64,000 nucleotides of DNA from the human T2T-CHM13v2.0 reference genome, Homo sapiens. The notes under the pieces are model-generated. The model was not told the DNA's origin. It searched no databases and saw only the letters and a list, made by a program, of their open reading frames with translations. Below, one piece after another: positions 27,851 to 41,619 of the stretch (position 1 is its first letter; each line of letters starts with the position of its first letter). The stretch is from the NCBI RefSeq assembly GCF_009914755.1, contig NC_060925.1, one strand, 5' to 3'. The position numbers were made by a program, and so were the translations under genes.

Positions 27851-29229
27851 TCGTGCCCCTCGGCAGGCCTGCACAGGGTTAGCGTGGAGCTCAAAGAGTT
27901 AAAGATGTAAAGAACTAAAACGCTCTGCTACACGTGGGTTTAATACACTTGGCTGTTATTTTGAGTGAGGGGTGGAAATATGAATGATTTCTTTTTTGTT
28001 TTTTGTGTGCTTTTCTTTATTTTCCATGTTTTCTGCAGTTGACATTTCGTTATCAATATATAATCTATATTATTCTATATACTATACCTATTATACATTA
28101 CAGATAGAGAAACAGACAAAACTCATTCAACGTAAGAAACTGGGGGGTAGGGGTCCTAGGGAGGCTCCCATTTAACAGGTAGGGAAAATGAGATCTTGCA
28201 CTCTCACATTGCCTAGCAGTAAATAAGCACTCAAATATTTATGGATTTGGTTGAGTGCTACATATTTATCTCAATACTAATAATGTTGACAGTAGCAACC
28301 AATACCAGATTCATTTGAGCTACACAGCTAGGTGGTGACAAAGTAATTTATGTATTGACCTATTAGGACATAGCATGTTTTCATGTGTTAATATCAGATT
28401 AATGTGAGGACTTGCAAGAACATCTGATGCCTGCATGGCAGCTTAAATCTTTAGGAAGTAAGCTGAATGCCAAATAATAGACCTTCTGATCACATATTTA
28501 AGATTCAAGATGCAGAAGAAAACCCCAAAGGAACATTTATAGCATTCAGCTGGGTGACTAAAGAGTGTGCCCTAGTGCACCAAACTCTTGTGACAAGATT
28601 TTCTTAAAGGAACAAAAAATCTCCACCTTGATTTGTGTCTTATAGTGGAGTTGTTTCCCAAATCAGGCTGTTTCAAAGAACATATGAGACGGCGTATGGC
28701 TAGCCCTCCCATCCCAAAGCAAATGTTTGTTTTGTTGCAATGATGGAAACATTTCCATTGGTGAAGCAAATATTTAGAGCTGAAAGAAACATTTGGGCAG
28801 CCAGGATGTGTCAAAACAGAACAGATGTCTGCCTTTTAAAAACACATTAAAAAAAAGCCACCTTGTACTTGGCTGCTGTGGTCGCAGCCACAGTGGGTTA
28901 AGCAAGAAGTTAGAAATTGTGGGTGTCTTTCTGTTATAATCCTAGCTCCTAGACTTGGCTTGTATCTTCTTCTGTCTTGGTTTTTCTCTTCCAGAAAATG
29001 GGGTGAACCATTGTGATCTTGTTAAGGATCAAGTCTGGTTGGTTTGTTTTCCCCAAATATTTTCTTTGTTCTTAAATTTATTTATTTGAATCAGAAATCT
29101 ATTCACAGGGAACAAAATTCATAAGGCTAGGCAGTGAAAAGTGTTCCTCAATCTCTGTTCCCCAGCAACTAGTCCTCTCTATAACCAGTGTTACCAGTTT
29201 CCTGTCCTCCTTTTCTTTCAGGTATACAC

Positions 29230-29231
<2 letters not shown>

Positions 29232-29275
<44 letters not shown>
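29232..29275 (+). repeat. (TG)22 microsatellite
   Basis: Perfect dinucleotide run. Confidence 0.98.
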
Positions 29276-29276
<1 letters not shown>

Positions 29277-31229
29277 ACTTCTCTGTACCCTTCACCTAGT
29301 TTTCCCCCATGCTCCTGATGTTCTCTTTGGCTTTCTTCTTTCGGGGGTGTTAATTCTGAGAGTTTGCTTATTTAAAATATGCAGACTCTGTCAAGTGGCA
29401 GAGGGCAGTAGGTATGTCAGGCTGCCCATGCTCCCCGCCCCCTGCCCCTGCCCAGCACAGAGAGCCCCGTGTGGGAATCCAATTCTGGGGCTCACATGGG
29501 CTGTGGGCAAGTCCATGCCCCTCTCTCTGTCCCTTTTTCTTGATCTATAAAACAGAAGGAAAAAAGAAAAAGAACAGGAGAGAGGTCAGATAAACTCCAA
29601 TTTTTCTTGCAGTTCTGAATTTCTTTGGTTGTCAAAGGCAAGTTGATTCCTTTTTTTAAACCACCCTTCATGACCTCTTCTGAAAACAGGAGCAAGATTT
29701 AAGTATCACTAAAAGTGTTTATCAATTTGACTTTTCCATGCATGCACAAACACACGTTTGGCTTACTTGGCATTTAAGTAGCAGAGATTCCTGATTACCC
29801 TTCCCTTGGTCTTTAGGGACACAGTTTCTTCCCTAGGACTTACTCAGTATACTGTGGGAAGGGCTGACTTTTCTACCTGTTGCCAAAGACCTGCTGTCTG
29901 TGGCAGCCGCAACGATATTTGTCCTGCTATTAATCCTCTGGAATCGATCAAATATCAAAAATAACTTCTCTTTGTTTTTGTTTCTAATTTAGCAGAGAGG
30001 GATTAAAAGAAAAAAAAAACCTTTAGATTATATAGATCTAAAAATAGACATCATGGATGCTGATTGGAAACCCTCCCAGTCGTTCATATGAGAGATCTCA
30101 ATTTGTGTTACATAGAGGGGCAGCTCACTTCTGTCTTGTTCACCAGTTATACTACTCCCCAGAGAAGCTCAATAAATTTTATAGGAAAGTTTCCTCCTTA
30201 TGTGGAAGGAGCTAAGCTCAATGACTGGTGTGTCTGATATAATTTAGGGCTCCAAGGGAGTACGTCTGCCTTGTGGAATAACCTATCAAAAGTAAATGTA
30301 CAGAAACTTTCGATCTTGGTTGATTTGGCTATGTCATTGAAACTGCTCAGCACTGGACCCCGTGAACCCAGCCTGTCTGCTTTGGAATTAAACTGCTCCC
30401 CCAAACTCACATTCGATTCACTGTTAAAGCGGCCTTTTGTGTGTCTCACTGGTAGTGGCTTCTGGGCTCGCCTGCTGTTGTTCCACGGTTTCCACCGCTG
30501 GCCCTTTGAAACCCCCAAACTTGGACGTGGTTGAGTTTTTACATCCCTCTTTGCCTCTTCTGTTGACATTAGGAAAGCAGACCTGCCTTCTCTTTAGGCT
30601 TCGAGTGGAACAAGCCTGCCAGTTTCCTCAGTCTTTCAGCTAGCAGTGAAATACATTTTGCACTGGCTTTTTTACTCAGTGATTTACACTGGGAGACGTG
30701 GCTGGGTGATGTCCAGTGTCCTTTTGTCTTTGTGTTTATTTTTCTTCCACATTTAATGTATTTAAAGGATATATTGTCTTTATGGTTCACTGGGATAAGG
30801 AGGGATTGGTGCAAGTTTTAATGAGAGGTGCCCCAGCTCTCTGTGTTGAGCTGAGAATTATCTTCTTGGTTAGATATCTTTCTTTCTTTCCTTAGGTGGC
30901 AGGAGGCAGTGTTTTGCTGCTTTTTGAAATAATGTTTCTGCCTAACGATTTCTAGAAGGATACCGAGAGGACATTCAGCTTCAGGGCATCATCAGCAACT
31001 TTTTCTCCTGTTGTTTGAACTTCCCTCATTTAAGGAGAGGGGAAAGTCTCAGGTCTTGTTCTTGAATTTACATATCAATATTAAGATGATGGGAAACAGC
31101 CCCCTGCCACTCCCCATCATCTGATCAATTCTTATAAAAACTCTTGCATTCAGGGTAGTGACATGTGGAACTAGTTTTCTCAGAAACTGTTTTCACTGCT
31201 TGGGAATAGTTAATCAGTGGAGGAAAAAG

Positions 31230-31680
31230 TGTTTGACTTATCTGCTTAATATTTTAACCAAGTGAATTAGACAGGTTGGGGGGCTGGGGGAGGGGATAAG
31301 AAAGTGGGTGGGGGAGGCCCCATAAACAAGGTGATATATAATATTTTTTTTGTTCTCCTTTTAAATAAATACCGATCAGCTTTATGTTCAGAGACAATAG
31401 AAGCCGTTGGCTTAAATTTGCAGTTTACTGTATTTATGGCTGTAATATCAAGGTGCTGCCGTCGTAATTTCATGCCCCAATGAGAAGAGCAAGGTCGAAG
31501 CAAATGCTTCCATCGGCATCTGCTAACACACTAACTCATAAACAAGGCCCGGCTGGATCAGGTGGCACGGAATAATACAGGCTAATGAAATACAGCACAG
31601 CTTTCCATTACTGTTAGTTTTTACAGTGTCGTCATTACGTGTAATTTATGTTTAAAAAATTCAATTTTATACAAGGCACT
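31230..31680. promoter_or_regulatory. Candidate conserved non-coding element/enhancer
   Basis: Non-repetitive, AT-rich with retained CpGs; CATAAACAAGG twice, TTTATGG, several TAAT cores. Conservation is inferred, not measured. Confidence 0.55.
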
Positions 31681-34600
31681 GGGAAATAGGGGTCTCCAGG
31701 TCATCCTACGACTTTTAGAGGCTCTGAGAGTCCTTATTGTACTCTACTGTTCCAACAAAATGTTCATAAAATAAAATAAAAATACTTTTCCCCTTCCCCT
31801 CCCTGAACCTTTTCTGAGAGAGTTGATTTTTTTCTTTTAATTTGGGAAGTATTTTTAGCCAGCTGTCTTCTCTGCCTCATCTCCTCCCAGAGTGTGCCGG
31901 GGCAGGTAACTTAGTTGTTCTGAGAGAGGTGACCCCCTCTCAGTGTCCATGAGTCCCAGATGAATTGGCCAAGTCCTAGAAATAGAGGGGCTGCAGAGCG
32001 GGGAGGAAGAGGTCCCAATGACCAGCCCTTGACTGCCACCGTTTGTCACTGGCCCCCTGGCCCTGTTCCCGTGATCCCAGTCAGATGCCACATTTTTATA
32101 ATAAAACTAGGGCTGAGCAGGAAGGCGCTGGCAGGAGTTCATTACCTTGCTTATTTTCAAACTCTTCCTAACCCTTCTGTCCTGGTTGTTGTTTGACCTG
32201 AAAGATGAAGAGAACACTGCTGTCCTCTGTCATCTGTCTTTCTGCTTCACCTGCACAGGGCCAAGCCCCGTGGCAGTGCCCAGCGGTCACTGGGGACAGT
32301 GCTGAGGTTACTTATCCTGAGAAACCCTTGCACGGCCTGTCCCGCAGAGAAAAGACAGCCCTTCCGGGTCCCTGGTTTGGTCTGAGTCGTGGGAAAGGAC
32401 CCTAGGGCATCACAATCGCAGCCATGTACCCTGCAGCTCACAGAGTCAATCAGTTTGGTTTTATTTGCATTTGAACAGAAACCTTGAGAAAAAGAAAGCC
32501 AATTTGTTTATCTTCTAGGGGATAAAAATAGGCAAGTGTGGCAGCCCTGTGGCCACGCAGGTCAGACACTGCAGCAGTGACACTGGGGTTTTATTAATCA
32601 ATAGGATGTAGCTCACTTGTTCTGTCCTTTTAAAAAAAAAAGCCCACCCTGGAGAAGAGATGCTTGGCCCAGCTCCTACACAAGGGCAGCAGTCATCTCC
32701 GGTCCAGGGAGCTCTTCTGGAGGTTTTTGCAAGTAGATTCTAGAGAACTGAGAGAACAAGAAGTCTTCCCCACTCTGGGCACATGGAATCTTCATTCAAA
32801 GAGTTTGGTTTGAATTGAGAGCTCTCAGTTTTGCATATCAGGTAACTATGATGTGAAAAGATGAAGCGGCCTCTTTACCTCTCAGAGTCAGCCCAGACCC
32901 TCTTCGCCTCCCCTCCTCTCAGAGAAGCTCCCTCGTCCCTTTCTCCTCCTTTTGACTAGAGCTAGTGGGTGGAGAGAGTAACTGAACGGGAATTTCTTAG
33001 TGTTATTCTCTATCAATAATATATTTTAATTGTCAGTGCTATAGACTGGGTGGCTGGGGGTTGGGAGCTGGTGGCTCTTGAAAATCACCAAGTGGCAGAA
33101 AGGAAGTTATAGGAAGAACATAAAGGCTTAGTGCCAGTGGTGTCAGGTAATGCATATTGATACCTCAACTAAAAGAACATTTGGGGCTTTATTAAAATTG
33201 ACTAATTCTTCCAAAGATAGCAGCTAAAGGAGGACTTAGATGAATAGAGGAGGGAGGAGGCTTGCAGGACGGTGAAGCCCTTTGCTTCCAGCTCTCTGCC
33301 TGCTCAGCCATTGCTCCGTCCCTCTGCAGTTAGATTATTCCTTGCAGATAGCAATCAACTGGAAGGAAGTGTCTGTGTCTAATTTGCATGAGATTATTTA
33401 AAACAACAACAAAAAAAAGGTCTGCATTAGTCAGGGTGATGGTAAACAACACAAAGAGAGATGCCTTTTATAATATAGCCTGTGCCTCAGCTTTCAGAGC
33501 CAAATATAATTCACTTACAATTGGCAGTTTCCTTTATTATTCCTTTTAACCTTTTGGATTCTGCAAGGTCTCAATCTAAGATCAGCAGTTTGTCTTGGCA
33601 GTAGTGGGAAAGATGGGGCTAGGGCACCGGGATGTCCTATGTTGGCTCCATGGCAGCACTTTGACCCTGAAGGCAGGGTCATCACAGCACCAAGAGCCAA
33701 TGACTGGGCAGATAACTAGTTGTGATCTGGAGACAGGTGGGTGTTCCCACTCAGTCTCCCTAAGTTCCAAATGAATCACCTGAGTCCTGTAAATGCAGTC
33801 TTAAAGCTGGCCAGTTCTGCCTAAGGTGGGGACATTCCAGAGGAAGATGACACTCAAGGAAGCCTATGACAGGCATTTGGACTTGATTTCGGGTTAGAAT
33901 ATTAGAACGAGAACAAGATGAGGACATTCTACCTTTTTCTCTCTAGTATTGTTCAAAAAGTTGTCCAGGCGTCATTTACAGATAGGAGCCAGGGGTTAAG
34001 TTCCTGTATTGTTTCAATGTAGCCCCAAAACAATATTCACTGGCTCCTTCCTGTAGATGAGAGTGGCGGGGTAGGGAGAAGAAAATGTAGTCCTTCTCCC
34101 AAGCTCTTTAACAAGTCTGAAGACCTAGGACATAGTTTGAGTCTGCCATTTGATGTTTTGTAACTCTGGTGTAGTGGAGAGTCACTGGGCTGAAGAGGGA
34201 GAGCCTTGAGTGCCCATCACATCACCACTCTCTACAAGTAGGATGTGGGGCATCGTTTCTACCCTCCTTGGGCCTCAGGTTTCTTATCTGTTAAATGAGG
34301 GCAGTGACTGGGATAATGGCCCGGCTCTGAATGTGATTCAGTGAGATTGTTAAAACGCTTACTTTTAAAAAGAAGAGAAAGGATTCATTTACTGTAACTA
34401 AATCAAAATCCTGCCTCTCCCAGAGAACCAGGGATATCAGAATTTCAGCCAATATAAATTTTGAGCCTCAAATGATAACGTCTGTGAAAAACAAGAGCTT
34501 GGAAGGAAGTACTGATGCCCTTTCAACTGTGGCCTCACTAGTGGGCTCGGCTGCGATAATGCAAGGAACATGTTTTATTAGGAAAATAGGCTTCATAAAA

Positions 34601-36379
34601 GCTCAGGGCCAGAGGGCAGAACTGCGGGCAGGGCGTCCTGTCCCTTTAACCAGCTCCGGCCCTCAGGGCCACAGCACAGTCTGTAACTTACTGTATATTT
34701 CCCCAGTGTTAAACATTATTGTACTTGTTTATATTTGAAAGAGCCAAAAGGGAAAATGAGAATGCAACTGAATGCTCCTTTTGGGAAAATTATCTTCATT
34801 TGCAGCCAGCGGCTGACAAGGCACACGAACCACCAGGTTTATAAAATTCCGTAGTGTACCAGTGACCATCAGCCTGTGCTGACATCGCAGATGCTGCTTT
34901 CTTCTCTAATGGCTGATTATGAACTGGTTAAAACAATGTCTTTCCCACCAGGGCTCCGAAAGGGGTTCCCCTTCCTGTTTAGTCGGAGCGATCGGCAGTC
35001 ACTACACAGGCTGGAACCTGAGAGGCACAAACTCAGGGCGGGGGTATTCTCTGTTGTTGCCTGGCTTGCCTGTTGGTCCTGTCCCTGTTCTTCTTGGAAG
35101 GTGAAATTATGGGTAAAGCAGTCCCTTTGCAGCAAGCACCCCCTCTCTAGCTCCACTCTACTGACCTTCAGCTTTTGTCTTTGGAAGGTGGTACGTGATG
35201 CGCTGTGAACCCTGGAAGCATTTTCATCCAGCCCACCAATCTGTTGAGAGCATGGTGCTATCAGGGCAACCCGGTGGCTCTTCAGACTTCCCAGTGGTGA
35301 GGCTGTGCCTGCCCTTGGCCAGCTCCACTGTGTGAAGAGGGTAAAGAGGGGAACAGCTGCAGTTTTAAATGGGGATAGTCCTCAACTCCTCAGCACAGAG
35401 AAGGGAAAAAAGAGTCCAGGGCTGTTTAGAAAAGTTCGGGCATTTTCCTTTGACTAGCTGTGGTAGGGCATGAAAAGTTTGAGGGGTGGCTGCAGTCAAC
35501 TCATATGCCAGTATGGTGCAGGGCGGAGCTGTGCTTTAAAGCATTAATGTGCACCATCTATTAGCCCCTAGGCATGGAGTATGAGGCACCATCCTTTTGA
35601 AGATGCTGATCCTCAGAACCTCCTTGTACTTCATCTACCCCCAGGGGCAAATATACCATGCTGTGGGCCTCTAATGGAGAGCTGCCGACCAGATGTGGAA
35701 AAGCTCTCGGCTGTAGTTTAAAAGCTCTGTGTTGCGGCTCGCTTGGATGTTGGGATTCCTGGAACAGCAAGGGCTGGCCGAGTGGTCTTTTGCAGACTAA
35801 CAGTGACCTCCCACCTGCTTTTCCCACTCTCAGCAGCTGGAGTGCCTTTGTACACACAGCTACTTCCTGAGCTGGCCCCGTGTGACCGCTCCTTTCATAC
35901 TTGAGCGCCACATTTCATTCTGTTCTTTGGGTTGGATGGGGCTCTCTTCCTCCTCCCAAGAGTCAGTGTCCCAAATTGGCTCAGACCCGGTGGAAATATC
36001 CCAGCTGTGTCCCCACTGGAAATGCGGCCTTCATGGGTTTTCATTTGCCTTTTATTCTTCTGTGGGCAAATCCTCTCCACATGGCATAGCCACTGCAGAT
36101 GGCGCCCTGCCACTTCCTGATGTCCCATGTATGGTGTGGTTTAGAGTGTCGGGAGGATTTCAAGAAGGGAAAAGAAAAACTAGCCAAAGGCGATACAGGC
36201 AGCGTGTGATAGGCTAGAATAATAATCATCTGAAAGTTTGGGCCTGGCCTTGTTTTGATCTGTTTTCTTGTTTTATTTTCTTCTTTACATTCTATATCCC
36301 ATTCATACTAATCACAGTCAGTCCTGATTTTTCTTTTTATTTCTGCATTTGTCATAAAATAAAGCAAATTATTCCCGTC

Positions 36380-36790
36380 TTCAGAAACGATCTAGACTAA
36401 TTAGTCGTCTCACCCAATAATTAGTTTTTTGTTTCCCTGTCTGTTTTCGTGCATTATTGTTAGTTTTTTCCCCTCTTTTTTTTTTAACACCATTACAGAT
36501 TAAAATGAGCCACATTTGCAGTTGATGGTATCTGTTTTCGGGGGAAGAATGGAGAATTGCAGTACCGAGCGACTTCAAAAGCAGCAATAAACTCAAGGAT
36601 AAATTAAGGAAATTGAATGAGCCACATTTGGAAGCAGTGTTGAGGCTAATATTCTGTCGCTTAAGGTTAAATTGCAACTGAGAGAGGTTCCGGAGAATCT
36701 GAAATCGGGGAGGCAACTTACTAGGATGCGAGGCATTCTGTGGCTGTAAAGGTCTTTGCTCAGTGAAGATTCTGTTGCAGCTATGGACAC
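36380..36790. promoter_or_regulatory. Candidate conserved element upstream of exon 4
   Basis: Palindrome GACTAATTAGTC, duplicated 15-mer AATGAGCCACATTTG, retained CpGs. Confidence 0.5.
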
Positions 36791-36833
36791 TGACAAAAGG
36801 TACTCACCTGCAATGATGTCCTCTTCTCCCCAG

Positions 36834-36962
36834 GGCTGACAGATGAAGAGATTGATATGGCCTTCCAGCAGTCGGGCACTGCTGCCGATGAGCCTTCGTC
36901 CTTGGGCCCAGCCACACAGGTGGTTCCTGTCCAGCCCCCTCACCTCATATCTCAGCCATACA
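36834..36962 (+). CDS. PEX14: PEX14 coding exon 4 (129 nt, phase 1-1); end of the N-terminal domain and Pro-rich linker
   Basis: Acceptor ctcttctccccag|GG, branch-like tactcac at 36801-36807, donor CA|gtaagt. Translates (G)[42 protein letters not shown]. This frame is not in the ORF track. Confidence 0.97.
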
Positions 36963-37733
36963 GTAAGTCACCCGCTCAAACTCCTGCTTAACCTTGATTG
37001 GGATTCAGGACTCTGGCCAAAGGGCAGTGTTCTGTATCTCCCAGACTTAGCAAACCAGGAGAAACTGGGAGCAGCAGAAAGCTCTTGGGTTTTTCCCAAG
37101 GAATGTGACACACCCCAGTCTTCTAGACAAACTTTTTAAAGTATGTGACAAAGGTTTAAGAAGAGACAAGGGATCAGAATAAATGATTTTATTGTTGTTT
37201 CAGGTATTTTGGTTACATGCAGAAAACCTGTACAACTATTTATTGATTCTGTTCCCATCTCCTCATACCAGTGCTTTTGAATGTTACTGTTTCACTAAAA
37301 ACAGCGTGACCATCTGACTCATGGGTGCATTCTTGTTTGCTCACTGCAATAACCTGTCTCCCACTTCTATTTTTTTAAGTTAATATTTGTAAGTTTAGGT
37401 CAGCCTCCATTTCCCTCCCTCCCTTGTCCTGGCTATACTTTGTACGTTTATGTAGTAGCGGTCTGTTAGGGAATTTCAGGTTAAAACATGAAGTTCCTTT
37501 TTGAATGTTTCTTTTAATTATACGAGATCATGACCCATGAGGGGTCTTTCGTTGTCTTAAATGAAAGCTACTATAGGAATAAAGTTTCTTCAAACAAGTT
37601 ATAAATGCATACCTCCAAAATGCAGCCAGAAGCCCTCCTTGAAATCACTTATAAAAAGTTTAAAAAGGCTAAAATTGACTACAAAGTTATGGAAAATAGC
37701 TCCATTTTGTTTCTTTAATGAAACTCAGCATTG

Positions 37734-38890
<1,157 letters not shown>

Positions 38891-39994
38891 TCAGATTTTA
38901 AAAGGCATATTTTAAAATGACAGATTCGTTTTGATCCCCCAGCACCTGGTCTGAAGCTGCCTTCTTTCCCTCACCTCAGCACTGTTTTCATCCAGCTCAG
39001 CTGCAGCTAGGCAGGTGTGATCTTGGCAGTAGAGCCAAAAAGGCCTTCTCTTCTCCGGACTTGCTGAAGGGCCAGCCAGTGGGTTGGAATCTGCTGTCTG
39101 TGTTACGGATCTTATTTAGAGATCTCCTCCTTTGGCTGTCCACAGAAGGCTGAATGGGGGAGGCCAGGGAGTGTGTGCTCAAGTGTGTCAATCTGTCAGT
39201 GCCTTGCATGGGTGACCCACTGCAGGTTGCAGAGCTTCAGTGGTGAGCCTTGTCCTGTATTTGGGCTACTGGGTTAGCACCTGTGACTTGTCAGCTTGGG
39301 GCTCCTTTCTCCTTCCTGGCCAGCATTTTTTCCAATCCATTGTAGTTGCTTTGGGTCCTAAGCTGACTTTATGTGCTTCTTTTTAACCAAAGGCTGAGTC
39401 TCCACACTTTTTCTTTAGTTGTGTCCCTGGGCCCAGCCGTGTAATGGGATTTGTTGAGGATAGGCAGCGGCAGCTGGGGTGCAGAATTTTCTAAGATGCA
39501 CATCTGTTCTGTTCCAGCTGTTTCCTCCAGTGGCTTAATACCGAACAGGTCTCTCGGCTACTTGGAAACTTCTTACTCAGAACAAATTGTTCTGGTTGAT
39601 CACAGAGTTGGCCTAAAACATCATATGTTCACCTACTTTCCATAGACACAAAGGGTTAAACTGTTAGTCTTTCTGAAAGAGGCAAAAGAATGGGGTGGGG
39701 AGGGGCAATTCAGTTATTTAAATCATACTCATGTCCAGATCGCTCTGAGAAAAAGCAATACACGTTGAGGTATTTAGGTAGGAATATTTTTAAGAGCCTT
39801 CCAGCCCCTAAAAATAAAATACACATTCTTAGACACAGACTTCTTCCTGCTTTGACACTAGTGTAAAAACAATGGTAATGATAATTTTAAATACCTGAAG
39901 TTTTTAGTTGTCATCATTGAGCTTCATTCTTCTCATACCGTTACATTGCTCCTCTCACTCCGGGGGTGACTCTACCTCTTCACTTCTGTACTTT

Positions 39995-40350
39995 TGCCAA
40001 GACGTGTCAAAACTGCTTAAAAAAAAAAAAAGCTTGATTTTGATTAATATAGAGAAACAAGACTTTGCCTGACTGATAATAAAACTGATAAATGACATTT
40101 GAATTACTTGTAGCGGTAATTTATTACATAAAATATCTTTTATTTGACATGCGATTAGTTGCTGGAAGCATCACTCAATCTGACTAGTTTAAACATGCTC
40201 CAAAATGAACCCCAGTAAAAACCAGGGCTGTCTGCTGCTGGCATTATGAAATATACTAATCCTGGAGTGAGGGAAAAATCTGACTTTAAATATTTAAATG
40301 ATTAATTGGGTTTATATATTTTTTTACTTTTCTAACCCCCTTAATTACAA
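39995..40350. promoter_or_regulatory. Candidate conserved element in intron 4
   Basis: ACTGATAA twice, TGACA/TGTCA sites, TAATCC and many TAAT cores in unique AT-rich sequence. Confidence 0.45.
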
Positions 40351-41619
40351 GCAAACTCAGGGGAGTTTCTGAACTAGGTGCACAATCTGCATGCTTATCA
40401 CTGAGGCATTGTCTGCGTCGGGAGGGATTTATGGCCTCTATTCATGTGTGTTCCTGCCGATTTTACATCTAGATCCCCGGCAGCCTTTTCCTTCCCATTT
40501 CTTGGCTTTTTACGGACATTCCATCTCTGAGCCCAAGGCTAGAAAATGGGATCCCCTGGGCCTAGCCCCAAACACTCAGGTCTCAGGGTAGGGTAGCTTT
40601 TCCAAGACCACCCCAGGGAGCCCAGTGCTCTTCACCTTTGAACCTGCTGGCCCACCTGCTCAGTGGCAGGTGTGCCACTGAGTGCCTCTTTTGGCATCTC
40701 TGTTCTTTGGTGAATGTGGTTGACCTTGAGATGTTAGCAAATGCCAGTGTTGGCAGAGAGAACGTAGAGACCTGCCCAAATAGTAACAGTTCAATTTCTC
40801 AGTATTTTTATTAACCATCTACTATACGGTCAGTACTATATCATGCGAGAGATCCAAAACCTGATCTTTAAGCATCTTGCTAAGCTCTTTGGGAAAGATA
40901 AGATAAACTCTTAAGAAAAGGATAATAATATAAGATGTTGTGATTTAATGCCAAAATTAATTATACAGACAAGAAATTCTGAAATTCTGAAATATAGAAA
41001 AGAGAAGAATTAATGTGGGCTAGAGTCAGGGAAGGCTTTTGTGAAAGTGATAGGAGGTTGGCACCAAGGGGAAGCTTGGTGTCACCTGGTGTGAGCATAA
41101 ACCAGTGCTCTCGGGGGCTAGAAGAAAGTTGGTACAGTTCAGGAGAAGTCAGGCTGTGATTCGAGAGAAGATTTGAAATTCTCCATTTCTCATTTTGGTT
41201 TCTTGTCTGGCTTTACATCGGGAGTCAGTGCATGTGTATAGGTGCAGGCCTAGCCCAGTCCTGAGCAGAGGTCTGATAAATGCTGGTTGATTGATTCACG
41301 CCAAGCTGATTTGTCTTCGTCCTCCCAGAGAGACCAAGAAGCTTTGAGATATAAGCAGGACCAGTGTAAATTTTGTAGGATAATAATTTCTTCTTAGATT
41401 TGAACATTTTCCCTCCACTGTCTTTGATAAACAATTTAAACCCCTTCAAAGACTGACCTAGAGCTTCAGTTGCTTCTTCTCAAAATAGGATGTCAGCATC
41501 TGAGGCCGGTGAAAGGTTTTGAACCATTTGATTAGAAATCCTGAGAGAGAGTGAGTTATTCCTCTGTTTATTTCTTTTGTAGCCCTGTGTAGTAACACAA
41601 ACTTATCTGTGGTTATCTT

